The position numbers and the translations under genes are program-made. Positions 28,262 through 36,737 of a stretch of DNA of 38,065 nucleotides are shown here, in pieces (positions within the stretch are counted from its first letter, which is position 1; each line of letters starts with the position of its first letter). The notes beneath the pieces are model-generated. The model had not been told where the DNA came from, ran no database searches, and saw nothing but the letters and a program-made list of their open reading frames with translations. This DNA is from Bacillota bacterium (GTDB lineage Bacteria > Bacillota > Clostridia > Tissierellales > Sedimentibacteraceae), in NCBI GenBank assembly GCA_036815895.1, contig DAISER010000024.1:1248-39312 (forward strand), read 5' to 3'.

Positions 28262-29119
28262 ATGGGAGAATTATTAAGAGGAAAGCCGGTTGCCGACGCT
28301 GTAATGCTTGAGGTTAAGAATAGTGTAAAAGAACTGAAATCCAAAAATATTAAACCGAAATTAATGATTGTGAGAGTAGGAGAAAAAAACGACGACATAT
28401 CATATGAAAAATCGGCGGTTATAAGAATGAAGTCCTGCAATATAGAATGTGAAGTCACTGTTATGCCTGAGGATATAAATCAGGAGGATTTTATCGTAAA
28501 ATTAAAAGCCGTGAATGACGATGAATCTGTTCACGGTATATTGCTGTTAAGACCGCTGCCCGAACAAATTGATGAAAATTCTGTAAAATATATAATAGAT
28601 CCTCAAAAAGACATCGACTGTTTTAATCCAATAAATGTGGCAAAGATTGCTGAAGGAGACAGGGACGGATTTGCTCCCTGCACTCCGACAGCTGTAATGG
28701 AAATATTGAAATATAACAACATACAGCTAAAAGGAAAGAGAGCTGCAGTAATAGGGAGATCCATGGTTGTGGGAAAACCCGCGGCACTGCTTTTGCTGAG
28801 CGAAGACGCAACTGTTACAATATGTCATTCAAAGACAGAAAATCTTGAAAAGGTTGCGGTGGAAGCAGATATCCTGATAGCTGCAATAGGCAGAGCCGGA
28901 ATGATTACCGGAGGTTTTGTAAAAGAAGGTGCGGTTGTAATAGATGTGGGCATTAACGTCGATGCGGACGGAAACATATGCGGGGATGCTGACACTGAAA
29001 GTTGCAGAGAAAAAGCGGGTTTTATCACTCCTGTTCCCGGGGGTGTTGGTTCTGTAACGACCGCAGTCCTGGCGAAGAATGTTTTAAAAGCCTGCAGGCT
29101 TGCAAATAATCTAAATTAA
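28262..29119 (+). CDS. folD: Methylene-THF dehydrogenase (FolD family; cyclohydrolase residues substituted)
   Basis: KDID, PCTP, IGRSMVVGKP, VIDVGIN, ITPVPGGVG. Confidence 0.93.
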   Translation: MGELLRGKPVADAVMLEVKNSVKELKSKNIKPKLMIVRVGEKNDDISYEKSAVIRMKSCNIECEVTVMPEDINQEDFIVKLKAVNDDESVHGILLLRPLPEQIDENSVKYIIDPQKDIDCFNPINVAKIAEGDRDGFAPCTPTAVMEILKYNNIQLKGKRAAVIGRSMVVGKPAALLLLSEDATVTICHSKTENLEKVAVEADILIAAIGRAGMITGGFVKEGAVVIDVGINVDADGNICGDADTESCREKAGFITPVPGGVGSVTTAVLAKNVLKACRLANNLN

Positions 29120-29186
29120 ATACGAAGGAGTTATAATGAGGCTGAAAGGCGCCGATCTACAGTGCCGGTGATTCAGCCTTACACAT

Positions 29187-29229
29187 AAAGAAGGATCTCA
29201 TGTATGCTGAAATATGAGATCCTTTTTTT
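29187..29229. terminator. Intrinsic terminator of fhs-folD, possibly bidirectional
   Basis: AAGGATCTCAT / ATGAGATCCTT plus T-run; A-rich 5' flank. Confidence 0.85.
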
Positions 29230-29289
29230 CGACTCAGATGCCATCATCTAAAAACGGCTCGGTAAACTGACGTGCTGGAAGTTTTAATT

Positions 29290-30162
29290 TTAAATGCTGT
29301 CCTGCTTTTCTTTCGTTAATGTTACTATTAAAACTCCGCCCAAAATAAGAACACATGCCAGTATGTTTTTTACCGTAACAGGTTCGTTTAAAATTAATAT
29401 TCCCAATATTACACTTGTTATAGGCTCAAACATTCCCACAATGGATGTAACTGTCGGGCCGACGCATTTTACTCCTATTGGAATAAAGGTATTTGCTAAA
29501 AACGACACAAAAAATGCCACTAATGCCGTAAATATCCATCCTTTGAGAGTCATGTCAAACACCAGTTTGCCGCACACCGTTCCGGCAATAAATAAATATA
29601 TTGAGGAAAATACGGCACAATAAGAGGTTATTTTAAAAGGATACATGGTGTTTAAACCGCTCTTGTCTATGTATAATAGGTGTGCCCCATAAATAACTCC
29701 TGATATTAAGGCGAGGGACACTCCGATTAAACTGAAGTTTCCTTCAAAAAACATCATTACTCCGATAGTTGACAATATCAGGGCAATTATTTTTTCCTTG
29801 CTTACCGTTTCTTTAAATATCAGTATGCAGGCTGCTGTGACCAAAACCGGATAGATGTAATGAATAGTTGTTGTCATCCCCACAGATATGTAATCGTATG
29901 CTCCGTACAATGTGAGGGCCGTGAGTGTCGAGCCTAACGAGCTGAGTATCGCAAGCTTTTTACCTTCGCTTTTGGTAATTTTTATATCTATTTTTTTATG
30001 TTTCAGCATAAAAAAAAGAAAAGGTATGGAAAGGAAGTTCCTGTAAAATGTCAAGGACATAAAATTACTTCCTTCCAGATATGATAGTTTTCCCAAAATG
30101 GGAGTAAAACCATATATAAAAGCCGCAAGGATACCAAAAACCGCACCTTTAGTTTTATTCAT
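29290..30162 (-). CDS. EamA/DMT-family transporter
   Basis: About 10 TM helices, two EamA halves, IHYIYPVLV, GMFEPITS. Confidence 0.9.
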   Translation of the reverse strand: MNKTKGAVFGILAAFIYGFTPILGKLSYLEGSNFMSLTFYRNFLSIPFLFFMLKHKKIDIKITKSEGKKLAILSSLGSTLTALTLYGAYDYISVGMTTTIHYIYPVLVTAACILIFKETVSKEKIIALILSTIGVMMFFEGNFSLIGVSLALISGVIYGAHLLYIDKSGLNTMYPFKITSYCAVFSSIYLFIAGTVCGKLVFDMTLKGWIFTALVAFFVSFLANTFIPIGVKCVGPTVTSIVGMFEPITSVILGILILNEPVTVKNILACVLILGGVLIVTLTKEKQDSI

Positions 30163-30180
30163 GGTGTTTCCCCCTTGTTG

Positions 30181-30678
30181 CTATTTGCCGCAGCATTTTT
30201 TGTATTTTTTACCCGAACCGCATGGACATGGATCGTTTCTTCCTATTTTTTCGCCTACTATAACCATTTTAGAACGGTTAAAATCTTTCTTAATTTGTTT
30301 TCTTTTTTCATCATCAAAAATGTTGCTCCATTCATCCATGCCGTACAGCCATTCAGCTTTGGCATCATGCATATTCCACAGCAGCTTTTCAAAATCAAAT
30401 TCTGCTTTTATTTCGGAATCTTCTGTTAAAGCATCAAGATCCATAGATTCTTTAAAACTTGTGTTTGCTCCGTCAAGGAAGCCTACAAACTGCATGCCTG
30501 TCATGTCGTTTTTTTCTGCTAAATCTTTTATTTTTCCTTCTATAACAGGATTTTTGGATTCAATGATTTTTCTGTAGCATTCAGTTTCTTTGCCCATGTA
30601 ATTTTTAAAGAATTCCTGATATTCTTCCTGCGTTTTAATATTTTTTAAGGTTTCGTTCCATTCTGTATATAAACTCAT
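30181..30678 (-). CDS. SEC-C zinc-binding domain protein
   Basis: C-terminal [24 protein letters not shown] after GGAGGA. Confidence 0.9.
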   Translation of the reverse strand: MSLYTEWNETLKNIKTQEEYQEFFKNYMGKETECYRKIIESKNPVIEGKIKDLAEKNDMTGMQFVGFLDGANTSFKESMDLDALTEDSEIKAEFDFEKLLWNMHDAKAEWLYGMDEWSNIFDDEKRKQIKKDFNRSKMVIVGEKIGRNDPCPCGSGKKYKKCCGK

Positions 30679-30707
30679 TCTATCCTCCATTAACTTTGCT
30701 CAGTATA

Positions 30708-30735
30708 ATTTTAGCACGAAAAAATAAAAATTCAA
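30708..30735 (-). promoter_or_regulatory. Sigma-A promoter of SEC-C gene/EamA
   Basis: Minus strand TTGAAT-N16-TAAAAT with TGn extension. Confidence 0.55.
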
Positions 30736-30756
30736 GGAAAATGATAAGATTCAAAT

Positions 30757-30779
30757 AAAAAAACGCCGCATAAGCGGCG
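30757..30779 (-). terminator. Intrinsic terminator of mscL
   Basis: Minus strand CGCCGC-TTAT-GCGGCG-T7. Confidence 0.85.
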
Positions 30780-30783
30780 AAAT

Positions 30784-31212
30784 TTATTGTTTTTCTTTCA
30801 GCAAGTCCCTGATTTCTGCAAGCAGTTCTTCCTGGGTAGGTTTTGCAGGTTCATCAGGAGATGGTTCTGCTTCTTTTTGTTTTAAAAATTTTTCTTTTGA
30901 GCGGTTGATTAATTTTATGAATATAAAAATTGAAACTGCAACTATTAAGAAGTCAACAACATTCTGAATAAAGTTACCGTACAATATTGCTGCTTCGGGT
31001 TTTATTACTTCACCGCCGTCAATTACAGCTTCGCTCATTACATATTTCAACGACTTAAAGTCCATGCCTGCCATAAAATATCCCAGTACAGGCATAATTA
31101 AGTCATTAACTATGGATGTTACTATTTTACCGAAAGCGCCACCCATGATAACGCCAACTGCCAAATCCAAAACATTGCCTTTAAAGGCAAACTCTTTAAA
31201 TTCCTTCCACAT
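30784..31212 (-). CDS. mscL: Large-conductance mechanosensitive channel
   Basis: KEFKEFAFKGNVLDLAVGVIMGGAFGKIV, LLAEIRDLL. Confidence 0.97.
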   Translation of the reverse strand: MWKEFKEFAFKGNVLDLAVGVIMGGAFGKIVTSIVNDLIMPVLGYFMAGMDFKSLKYVMSEAVIDGGEVIKPEAAILYGNFIQNVVDFLIVAVSIFIFIKLINRSKEKFLKQKEAEPSPDEPAKPTQEELLAEIRDLLKEKQ

Positions 31213-31226
31213 AACTCCTCCTCTAA

Positions 31227-31275
31227 TGGGTATAAGTAACTTTTATTACTTATACCCAAATTACCAATGTTAACA
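31227..31275 (-). promoter_or_regulatory. Sigma-B-like promoter whose -10 lies in a perfect 13-bp inverted repeat upstream of mscL
   Basis: Minus strand TGTTAA-N12-GGGTAT; TGGGTATAAGTAA-N6-TTACTTATACCCA. Confidence 0.45.
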
Positions 31276-31288
31276 CATACGGAGAATG

Positions 31289-33898
31289 TTAGTTTTTATA
31301 TTTTACATCGCTGCCGTTTATGCCAAGTTCAAAGGTGTCATCATAAGTAATGTATCTTACTCCGTTTTCGATGACAGTATTTTCGGCGTCGCCTTTGTAA
31401 ACAACAAACACACTGTTATTCTCGGAAGCTTTTTCAAGGATTTCCTTTAATACTTTTACTTCTCGTTTATCATTTATATGATCTAAATCAGCATTCATTG
31501 TAAGCACAAGTACTTTGTCTTTGAAATTCGCCATGCTCTTAATGTTGTTCCACATTGTTGTGTTGCTTGCACTCATGGTCCCGTTTGTTATCACGCCGTC
31601 AAAATAAATAAGCTGACCGCTTCCCGAGTTAAGTTCTTTTTTTTCGGGAGATACCACGAGTTTTTCAGAATAACCTGACAAAGCTGCAGCCTTCATTGAA
31701 TCGACAAATTCTGTTTCTGGTTTCAATCCCAGTTCTTTGTCTTTCGGTTCATACATTATTCTTAAATTATCAATGAATATTGCTCCGGCATCCTGTCTTG
31801 TTTCATTAATTTCTGCAAGATATATATTTTTTAATGTTACAGGATATGATGTGCCTTCTGGGATATGAGCTTCAACCCATTTCCAGCCTGTCCAGTTTAC
31901 CTCATCGGCAAATGTAAGCTTTATCTGATTATTGTAAGCGTCATTGATTCTTGTTCTGAGCCAGTGATTTTTTCCGTCACCGTAAACCCACATGCCTATT
32001 GCTTTTGGCCTGTCCTCAAGTTTGATTCCTTCACCGTCCTTGCCGAATTCAACAAATGAAATGCTTTGATCAGTCATTTTTGTAAAGTCGTAATTAAGCT
32101 TTAATGCGCTTGAGCCTTCTTTGGCAAGTTCCTGTGTGAGTGACATACTTCCTTCGGATCCTTCCGGATATAAGTTTAATTTTAAGCCCGACAAGTCCTC
32201 AAAACTGTTCAGTGTTTTATATCTGTATCCTACCTTGACCTGAATATGCTTAACCGCATCGCCGAAAGTTGCTGTTATTGCACCCGTATTGCTTACATCC
32301 CCCGCGGTGAATATTCCGTTTTCAACTGTACCGACTTTGTTTCTGAAAGAATATGAAAGATACTTTGCCGGTATGTCAGCAGAATTTCCGTTTTTGTCTA
32401 TACCGAGAATTTCTCCTAATTCATATGTACCTCCGAGCCCCAAGGTTATGGAATCAGTATTTAATTCCAAAGCCACAGGCTTATCCAGAACATTTATTTC
32501 TACTTTTCCCTCGGCACTGCCTGATTTTGCCGTAATGACTGCTTTTCCTGCCTTGCTTGGCATGAACACATTGTTTACGACTTTTCCTGCGTCCGACGGC
32601 GATACCTCATATTCAATATGACCGGGATTAACTTCCAAAGGTGTGTAATACTCGTTATAGAATTTAAGCCCCAAATTTATTTCCGTATTATTGAATACCG
32701 CATCCTGAGCGGGGATAATTTCGATCCTGCTTATTTCATTGCTTTGAGGTGATGTGTTGAATACGCCGACTCCTGAAGCAATTCTTCTTTCTCTTCCGTC
32801 AGACGGAATATTTACAACTGAGACGTTTGAGTTCTTTAAAAAGTCAACACCCATGGTGGTAGACCCGCCTCCATCCATGTTTACGGCATTGTAGGCTCCC
32901 AAACCAAGCATTATTTCTGCAAGTTCCGATTGTTTGACGCCAACGTAATTTTTGTTTCTTCCGTCTATTGTAACCATTATCATTTCAGTGTTATCCTGAT
33001 TAAAGCCTATGGCAGTCCTTGGATTTACACCCAGTGCTTCGTCGCTTATATCATTTACCTGTCCGTTTTTAACCAGGTAGTTCAATGCTCCGAATGACCA
33101 TTCGACATTTTCGGGACTGAAATCAAGCTGGACATTCAGACTCGCACCCTGACCGGGTATAAATGAGTTCATCAGTTTGTCCATTACTTCGGCATTACAG
33201 CTTGCAATTACATACCCTTTTTCCGGAATTACAGTTGACGGCTGATTTTTTCTTACTTCTGTAACTATGTTATCAGCTACAACAACTTCAACAATATCCT
33301 TTTTTCCGTCATATCCGGGTGAGTTTTTATTCCAGTCTGTAGTAAGTATTGTCGGTGCCCAATCCAACGAAGATGTTTTATTCACCACTGTTACATTGTA
33401 CGCTGTGTTGTCAGAGCCGTACAGAGTGATTTTGGGATTCAATACTGATATATTTACACTTCCGTCTAAAAGTCTTGAGACCGAAGGATATCCGTAGCTG
33501 TAAGGAAGCGGTGATGTAATCATGTTTCCGTCTTTGATTAACGGACCGTATGTATATGTGGGATCTCCCATGTAGAAGAAATCACCGTTTACCGCTGCGG
33601 TAGCACCGGATGCCTTGATCATTGAGCTAAGGGGTGCCCTGTTGGATACGCCGTTTTCGCTTGTAATTGGGTTTACTTCAGTGTATGCATCTGTTAAATC
33701 TGCTCTAATAACATTAATATTCATCCATCCTGCAGAAGTGTACCTTTCTATTCTTTCGTATGTAATTCCCGTCGAGAGCCTTGTCCCTTCTGACAGGTCA
33801 TATACTGTATAAAGACTGCTTCCATAAGCATATGAACTGAATAAAATTGCTAAGGCTGCAGAAAAAGCCGCGATTTTCTTAATAAACAAATAAATCAT
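31289..33898 (-). CDS. Secreted phosphodiester glycosidase (NAGPA-like) family protein with Ig-like and carbohydrate-binding-like domains
   Basis: Signal peptide; AVNGDFF, NPRTAIGF, VTIDGR, AVNMDGGGST; Ig-like segments; IGMWVYGDG..HWLR..VNWTGWKWV module. Confidence 0.85.
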   Translation of the reverse strand: MIYLFIKKIAAFSAALAILFSSYAYGSSLYTVYDLSEGTRLSTGITYERIERYTSAGWMNINVIRADLTDAYTEVNPITSENGVSNRAPLSSMIKASGATAAVNGDFFYMGDPTYTYGPLIKDGNMITSPLPYSYGYPSVSRLLDGSVNISVLNPKITLYGSDNTAYNVTVVNKTSSLDWAPTILTTDWNKNSPGYDGKKDIVEVVVADNIVTEVRKNQPSTVIPEKGYVIASCNAEVMDKLMNSFIPGQGASLNVQLDFSPENVEWSFGALNYLVKNGQVNDISDEALGVNPRTAIGFNQDNTEMIMVTIDGRNKNYVGVKQSELAEIMLGLGAYNAVNMDGGGSTTMGVDFLKNSNVSVVNIPSDGRERRIASGVGVFNTSPQSNEISRIEIIPAQDAVFNNTEINLGLKFYNEYYTPLEVNPGHIEYEVSPSDAGKVVNNVFMPSKAGKAVITAKSGSAEGKVEINVLDKPVALELNTDSITLGLGGTYELGEILGIDKNGNSADIPAKYLSYSFRNKVGTVENGIFTAGDVSNTGAITATFGDAVKHIQVKVGYRYKTLNSFEDLSGLKLNLYPEGSEGSMSLTQELAKEGSSALKLNYDFTKMTDQSISFVEFGKDGEGIKLEDRPKAIGMWVYGDGKNHWLRTRINDAYNNQIKLTFADEVNWTGWKWVEAHIPEGTSYPVTLKNIYLAEINETRQDAGAIFIDNLRIMYEPKDKELGLKPETEFVDSMKAAALSGYSEKLVVSPEKKELNSGSGQLIYFDGVITNGTMSASNTTMWNNIKSMANFKDKVLVLTMNADLDHINDKREVKVLKEILEKASENNSVFVVYKGDAENTVIENGVRYITYDDTFELGINGSDVKYKN

Positions 33899-33928
33899 TC
33901 CTTTCCGTTTTTAATTTCAGCATAATCC

Positions 33929-33937
33929 ATTATAGCA
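33929..33937 (-). promoter_or_regulatory. Extended -10 sigma-A promoter
   Basis: Minus strand TGCTATAAT about 30 nt upstream of the ATG. Confidence 0.55.
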
Positions 33938-34018
33938 TAAAATAATTTGTTTTAATATTACTTTACTGTTACTGAGGTAGCAAATTATAGAAATATAAGG
34001 ATTAAATTCTATCTTAGA

Positions 34019-34047
34019 TTAGACGTTTTAATTTATGCTTTTGTTCC
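34019..34047 (-). promoter_or_regulatory. ECF sigma-type promoter
   Basis: Minus strand GGAAC-N17-CGTCTAA. Confidence 0.6.
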
Positions 34048-34096
34048 ATATTAAGAAGGCTTTTTTGATGAAGGCAAAAAATAATTTCGCCGCATA

Positions 34097-34125
34097 TTGA
34101 CAATGAATAATGGATGTGTTATCAT
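34097..34125 (+). promoter_or_regulatory. Sigma-A promoter of S-box/metK
   Basis: TTGACA-N17-TATCAT with TGn extension. Confidence 0.85.
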
Positions 34126-34137
34126 TTACGAAATACT

Positions 34138-34231
34138 CCTTATCAAGAGTGGTGGAGGGACGAGGCCCGATGAAACCCGGCAGCCTGATTTATTCAAGGT
34201 GCCAATTCCCGCGGATTTCCGAGAGATGAGG
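34138..34231 (+). ncRNA. SAM-I (S-box) riboswitch aptamer
   Basis: CTTATCAAGAGTGGTGGAGGGAC..GGCCCGATGAAACCCGGCAGCC..AAGGTGCCAATTCC..GAGAGATGAG; upstream of metK. Confidence 0.96.
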
Positions 34232-34248
34232 TAAAATAGATAACATAC

Positions 34249-34271
34249 CTCTTCTGCGGAAGAGTTTTTTT
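34249..34271 (+). terminator. S-box attenuator terminator
   Basis: CTCTTC-TGCG-GAAGAG-T7; the TACCTC 5' flank can pair with aptamer GAGGTA as antiterminator. Confidence 0.88.
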
Positions 34272-34469
34272 ATGTGTTCTGACACTGTTACTTGATCGGT
34301 TTTCGATCGTCAGATAGGAAACTGATGTTGAGCCAATGCGTACCGCGCCTTCCTGACCTTACGGGGAGAAAATACAGTGGCAGGCAAAATCGGCAACGAG
34401 CTCCCGATAAATGCAGTAAACAGTAAATCGATGAGCGCAGCTGTAATTATATATAGAAAGGGATAAGCT

Positions 34470-35648
34470 ATGAAAAAATGGTTATTTACATCTGAATCAG
34501 TTACCGAAGGCCATCCGGACAAAATGTGTGATCAGATTTCAGATGGAATTTTGGATGCAATTTTAGAACAAGACCCAAATGGAAGAGTTGCCTGTGAAAC
34601 AATTACTAAAACAGGATTTGTGCTTGTAGCAGGTGAGATCAGCACAAACTGCTATATCGACATACCTAAAATAGTTAGAAGTACTATTCAGGAGATCGGA
34701 TACGACAATGCCGAATACGGCTTTGACTACAAAACATGCGCTGTATTTACATCAATTGAAGAACAGTCACAAGACATTGCAATGGGTGTTAATGAAGCTG
34801 ATGAGTATAAAAAGAATCATCATGATACAAATGATATGATTGGTGCAGGAGACCAGGGAATGATGTTTGGTTTTGCTTGCAATGAAACACCTGAACTGAT
34901 GCCTATGCCTATATCATTGGCGCATAAGCTTTCACACAAGTTGACAGAAGTCAGAAAAAATAAAGCAGTTGACTATTTGAGACCGGACGGCAAAACTCAG
35001 GTTACGGTTGAATACCATGACAACAAGCCTGCAAGAATTGATACAATTGTAATATCAACTCAGCATAATCCTGAGGTTGACAGAAAAACAATTGAAAAGG
35101 ATCTACTGGAGCTTGTTGTTAAAACAACGGTTCCTGCCGAATTGCTGGATGAAAACACTAAGTATTTCATCAATCCTACAGGCAGATTTGTTATAGGAGG
35201 ACCTCAGGGTGATTCAGGCCTGACAGGCAGAAAAATAATAGTTGATACTTACGGCGGCTATTCAAGACACGGCGGCGGAGCATTTTCGGGAAAGGATCCC
35301 ACAAAAGTTGACCGTTCCGCAGCATATGCGGCAAGATATATTGCGAAGAACATTGTTGCGGCAGGACTGGCAGATAAATGCGAAGTTGAGCTTGCATATG
35401 CAATCGGTGTTGCAAAACCGGTTTCAATATTAGTTGATACATTCGGCACAAATAAAATTGACGAAGAAAAGATACAAAAAGCTGTATCAGATAACTTTGA
35501 CTTAAGACCGGCGGCAATCATTGAAGAATTTAATTTAAGAAGACCTATATACAAGCAATTGGCTGCATACGGTCATTTCGGAAGAGACGATCTGGATCTT
35601 CCGTGGGAAAAGACAGATAAGGCAGAAGTATTAAAGAAATATCTGTAA
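34470..35648 (+). CDS. metK: S-adenosylmethionine synthetase
   Basis: [28 protein letters not shown]. Confidence 0.98.
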   Translation: MKKWLFTSESVTEGHPDKMCDQISDGILDAILEQDPNGRVACETITKTGFVLVAGEISTNCYIDIPKIVRSTIQEIGYDNAEYGFDYKTCAVFTSIEEQSQDIAMGVNEADEYKKNHHDTNDMIGAGDQGMMFGFACNETPELMPMPISLAHKLSHKLTEVRKNKAVDYLRPDGKTQVTVEYHDNKPARIDTIVISTQHNPEVDRKTIEKDLLELVVKTTVPAELLDENTKYFINPTGRFVIGGPQGDSGLTGRKIIVDTYGGYSRHGGGAFSGKDPTKVDRSAAYAARYIAKNIVAAGLADKCEVELAYAIGVAKPVSILVDTFGTNKIDEEKIQKAVSDNFDLRPAAIIEEFNLRRPIYKQLAAYGHFGRDDLDLPWEKTDKAEVLKKYL

Positions 35649-35840
35649 CAGAGTAAAGCAATGGTAGTTTGTCACGGAGCGGCAGAGGAACATCTTACAT
35701 TTTTACGTGAGGTTCTTCAGCTGCCGTCCGGATGACAGGCAGGCTTTAATTTCTGCTGGGATAATCCTGCAGCACGTGTACTACACACATTTTCGAAATT
35801 AAATTTACACCTTTAAATCAGAACAAAATAGAAATAATTT

Positions 35841-35865
35841 AAAAAAGATGCCTTTTTGGCATCTT
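35841..35865 (-). terminator. Intrinsic terminator of the ABC/DUF4097 operon
   Basis: AAGATGCC-T5-GGCATCTT with A-run on the left (U-tract on minus). Confidence 0.8.
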
Positions 35866-35870
35866 AATGT

Positions 35871-36725
35871 TTAATTGAAGTCTATGTTTCCCACACCTGT
35901 TTTCAGCTTTATTTTTGTGTGCTTATCACCGTTTGTTTCAGTTCTTTCTTTTTCCATGAATTCATTTATTACAGCTTCATAGCTTGAATTCTCTGGGACA
36001 GTAATATCTATGTCGCCTACATCGGTTGTGGCTTTCAGACTTTCGGAATCCGACATATCTTTAAATGTTGCTTTTATGTTTCCCGTGTTTATACTGATTT
36101 CGGAATTTCCTGAGATAAAGTTGCCAGATAAGGATATATCACCCACATTGGTGTTTAAATTATATGAGCCGGCGGAATTCATGATAGTTATATTTCCGAC
36201 ATTGACTTTTACATCATAAATTCCCTCAATATCTGTTATCTTAATATTACCTACATTTGATGAAATAATAATGTTATTGATATTTTCAGGTACAGTAATC
36301 GAAAGTTCAACATTTAAATTACTGTTGTTAAATATTTTATGGCTGGCTATAGTAGTGTCTATATCAATCGAATTCATGTTTTCATCGATTGTGTAACTGT
36401 ATTCTTCAATCAGTTTTTCGGCATTTTTCTTTGAATCAGATTGTGCAATAATATTTACGTCAATGGTTGCTTCCTTTGATTCACCGGATTTTATATCAAT
36501 ATCTCCTACAGAACCATTAATTTTCAACGTATCAAAATTTTCAGCCACCATACTGTGAGATTCTTGTTTTTGTGCTTTTTCCCTTCCGACCGTAGTAATT
36601 ATGGCTTTAGTAATTTTGTCCGAAACATCCTTTACTGCGTCCTCATCAACTTTGGTCATTGACGAACAGCCACCTAATAACAACAGGGATAAAATAATAA
36701 TTAATATACTTCCTGATTTTTTCAT
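35871..36725 (-). CDS. Lipoprotein with DUF4097-like (GD/GN-I) beta repeats
   Basis: Lipobox LGGC; repeated xxVGDI/NVGNI units. Confidence 0.8.
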   Translation of the reverse strand: MKKSGSILIIILSLLLLGGCSSMTKVDEDAVKDVSDKITKAIITTVGREKAQKQESHSMVAENFDTLKINGSVGDIDIKSGESKEATIDVNIIAQSDSKKNAEKLIEEYSYTIDENMNSIDIDTTIASHKIFNNSNLNVELSITVPENINNIIISSNVGNIKITDIEGIYDVKVNVGNITIMNSAGSYNLNTNVGDISLSGNFISGNSEISINTGNIKATFKDMSDSESLKATTDVGDIDITVPENSSYEAVINEFMEKERTETNGDKHTKIKLKTGVGNIDFN

Positions 36726-36737
36726 AGCTCTCCTCTT

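Noticed and set aside
29169..29210. Selenocysteine read-through of the TGA in the micro-ORF after folD
   Set aside because: The TGA is in the 3' arm of the hairpin rather than just 5' of a SECIS-like stem; the extension stops after 12 codons and has no CxxU motif
34328..34370. GAGCC..ATGCG..CGC resembling group II intron domain V
   Set aside because: Lacks the closing complementary strand, GNRA loop and domain VI; no reverse transcriptase nearby
34310..34522. 70-aa minus-strand ORF across the metK leader
   Set aside because: Antisense to the metK start with no motif; probably chance
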